This document shows, piece by piece, positions 61,219 through 64,000 of a DNA stretch of 64,000 nucleotides. Source of the stretch: Spizellomyces punctatus DAOM BR117 (taxonomy: Eukaryota); NCBI GenBank assembly GCA_000182565.2, contig KQ257459.1. One strand, given 5' to 3'. Below the pieces are notes generated by a model. It searched no databases. It worked only from the letters and a program-made list of their open reading frames with translations, and was not told the DNA's origin. The position numbers and the translations under genes are program-made. The first letter of the stretch is position 1; each line of letters begins with the position of its first letter.

Positions 61219-64000
61219 TTATCTGCGCAACCCCTCTGAGAGGGTTCTTAGCAGTGTGTTCTGTTCGTCATCCTGACCCATGAGCCAGTACATGGCACCT
61301 TTCAACCCCATCTCTTTGATTTTTTCAACTTTGTACTGAACAGCTTGAACAGAGTCATAGGTGACAAAGGTTCTGTCCTGAGCGTTGTAAGCAGCGCTGG
61401 CCTTGGCGTCATCATCCCAGAACGTCTTCCAGGCGGGGTTCTGAGTAATTTCACGGAACGATAAGATACCTTGTTCATTATACGCGTTCCCTGAATGCCG
61501 TTGGTACAATCCTGGCCGAGAGGGATTCGGTCCGGGATCAACATTTTTGTAGGCACGTCCGTAGAATGGCACACCGAGCACGAGTTTATCGGGTGAACAA
61601 CCACCGTCTAGGAAGGCCTGAATGGCACCCGCAAGTTCATATTGTTTACCCTTTGCGTTAGGTGTATGATCGTGGAAGTGTGCCTGATGGTTAGTGAGTT
61701 CGTCCCAGGAGCCGTGAAGATCGTAGGCCATCCTAAATAGCAAACGTTATGTCAAGTCTGATCGGTTCGCCTGTTGTTGATCCAATAAGACGTACATGTT
61801 GATGTGGTCCAAATTCTGACACATTTCCGCTAAGTGCATTTTCTCAACCTTGTCAAAACCAACGGGAGGAGCGATGGAAATCTCGAATGGGACCTTGTTC
61901 ATTGTCAAACCGTTCTTCATAGGTCCTGATCTTGAAAGTCTTTCTCGAAGCTGGCGGGTGGATCGGACATGTGTAAGTTCATGAGTGGCTGCTTTTCTAC
62001 ATTAAGCCTCGCATATACCTTGCGCAAGAGATTCACATAGCGCTCTCCGTCCTGAAGACGATCTGGATAATTGCATTGCTGTTTGCTACAATCGGTGGTC
62101 TCTTCCACATTGCCAGGGGCGGACGTGGCGGGATAGACAGGTTGCCCGCCGTGTTCGAACCCTGGAAACTCCCAGTCTACGTCAACCCCATCGAAATCAA
62201 ACACATCTGTCCACTATCAGGCGAAACGGGCGCTTGTTGAGTACAGCTTTACGACACTTAATAGCGACAGATTGCCACGCAGACATACCCGTCCAATTGA
62301 CTCAACAAAGCGGTCGATATACTTTGAACTTGTAGCCACACTCCAGTACGGACTGTCATACCAGCCACCGATAGATACGATCACTCGAACATCAGGATTT
62401 GACATTTTCACTTGTTGGAGTAAATATTGAAACTGGCCGCAAATCCTCGGCTTTCCATTGGCCTTGGGTATTCTGAACGGCCCATCGAGTACTGTATAGC
62501 ATGGTACTTTTCTCAGGCCAGGTACTCCGGCTTTGTTGGCGCAGGTGTCCGGTCCCTGTGGTTTGGGACAGGATCCGTCAGGATTACGATACCCAAGGTA
62601 TGGCGCTACCGCCACAACTCCTGGAGCGCATTCGGGGATGTCAGCAGTCATGCATCCTGGCGACTCAAAGTTGACTTCTGGTCCTAAGATGGCACAATGG
62701 GCAACTTAATCACCGTATTCATTTCACATGACTATTAAGATAGTTACCATTGTAAGCGTGGCATTCGTCGTCTGGGAGCCCACGACACATGTTCAGATCT
62801 CCCCATGGATCCGAAAAGTCGAGATAATAAGAGTCGTACTGAATGCTGTAGCTGATGGTCTGGAATCCCACATATATGTGAGTTAAATGTCGAGCTTGTT
62901 CCAAAAGTCGAGGAAGGAGGCGATCATCATGGTATGCGACCCTAACACCGAAATGGTTTAGGCATGATGTGGTGTTCGCATCAACCATTGAATAAAGTTC
63001 ATATCTTGGCTTACCAGTTTGGAAAGTACGAGCCAACAACACGACCTTTAACGGGATTGGGAACTTTTCTATTTAACTGAGATATCTTCTCCTCCTTTGG
63101 GTTGCATTCCTCCAGCTCTCCAAGTGTCTTGGTAAACACTGTGGACGACCCGACGATATAATCAACTTTAAGCATCAGCTAAGATATTGTATTGTCAGCG
63201 GAAGGCTAAGCACTGCAAGTATCTCATATAATAACTCACTTTGCCCGTCGTATCTCCGTTCTTTGCTCTACAATAATCGTGTGCACAGGGATCTTGACAG
63301 AACAGATCACTCTGATATATCTGAGTGTTGCCTTGTATTTCGAGAATCAAGGGCCCCTGTAAAAGACCATTTCAAAATGTACTCGGACGCAAACGCTGGC
63401 AATGGAATAGAGCTTACCAGCTGCAGTTTGGCCCCGTATTGTACGTCCCCTCTTTGGAGGCAATCGTGTGGTGGATATTAGGAAGCAGCGTCAATAAAGA
63501 CTAGAGTACGAAGATGCCAACTGGATGCCTACCTGAACGCAAAGAGTTTTAACGAAATCTCCAAAAGACATCTCATCTCTTCCAAGATATGTCCTATTAT
63601 TGGTGTACTGTATAATTTATTCACTTGATCGTTGAATTCAAAGCTGGGATAGAGGTAAGTGATTAACTTGTCCCAAAACATTAGAAAGCAACAAGACATA
63701 CCAAAACTTGAGAAATAGAGAGATATGCAAGTCGCGGACGCTCACGTCGGTAAAGGCATTTCCAGCATACTTGCAACCTTCCTCGGTACACTCGGAGCCA
63801 AACGCATTCTTGGTGTCAAGGTCCGCCAAGCACATGCCACCACCAAAGCAAGGACCAAACTGCACTCCAGTGGTAGCAAGATTTCCCCACATCGGCCAGC
63901 AACATCTAGTTTCGGCGAAGCATTCAGCAAGACACACTCTTGTAACCGTAAAGAACACTGCACACGTACTGGGCAAGAAGGCACGCATCGGCAGGGATCG
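61219..64000 (-). CDS. GH18 chitinase with a long Cys-rich N-terminal extension (5' end outside the window)
   Basis: RVVGSYFPNW, LTHIYVGF, SIGGW, catalytic FDGVDVDWEFP, MAYDLHGSW, KLVLGVPFYGR and GAMYW. GT-AG splicing keeps one frame open to the window edge. The catalytic domain is secure; the upstream linkage is inferred. Confidence 0.9.

Noticed and set aside
1-64000. Prokaryotic-type systems (CRISPR, operons, defence islands) or a secondary-metabolite cluster
   Set aside because: The sequence is spliceosomal-intron-rich eukaryotic DNA with no repeat-spacer array and no PKS, NRPS or terpene synthase core gene.

Overview
Gene-dense eukaryotic DNA with many short GT-AG introns (mostly ~50-80 nt), most consistent with a flagellated (chytrid-type) fungus. 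That assignment rests on fungal-type housekeeping genes plus a centriolar CEP44 orthologue; the species cannot be determined. I can support about 24 protein-coding genes: ERV46 (partial), two unknown membrane proteins, a SAM methyltransferase, GND1, HCS1/IGHMBP2 helicase, an ACSS3/PrpE-type acyl-CoA synthetase, a Sec7-PH ArfGEF, an ArfGAP, two orphan proteins, a nitronate monooxygenase, an MFSD6-like transporter, PPX1, a membrane-anchored class I phosphodiesterase, an LEA/perilipin-like 11-mer repeat protein, an Ino2/Ino4-like bHLH factor, DUG1 (contains a 100-N gap), CEP44, a Rieske-DUF455 fusion, ECM29, a CC1-box coiled-coil protein and a GH18 chitinase (partial). No rRNA, tRNA, CRISPR array or intact transposon was seen. 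Most notable: (i) a receptor-like PDE whose 6-TM anchor and Cys-rich loop resemble adenylyl-cyclase membrane domains; (ii) a GH18 chitinase with an unrecognised Cys-rich N-terminal domain and a ~98-aa, 8-Cys insertion; (iii) a Rieske/di-iron fusion with one metal-ligand motif on a 16-nt micro-exon; (iv) a bHLH gene with an ICRE/UAS-INO match in its own promoter. All gene models were spliced by eye and family assignments come from remembered motifs, not database searches, so boundaries are approximate.
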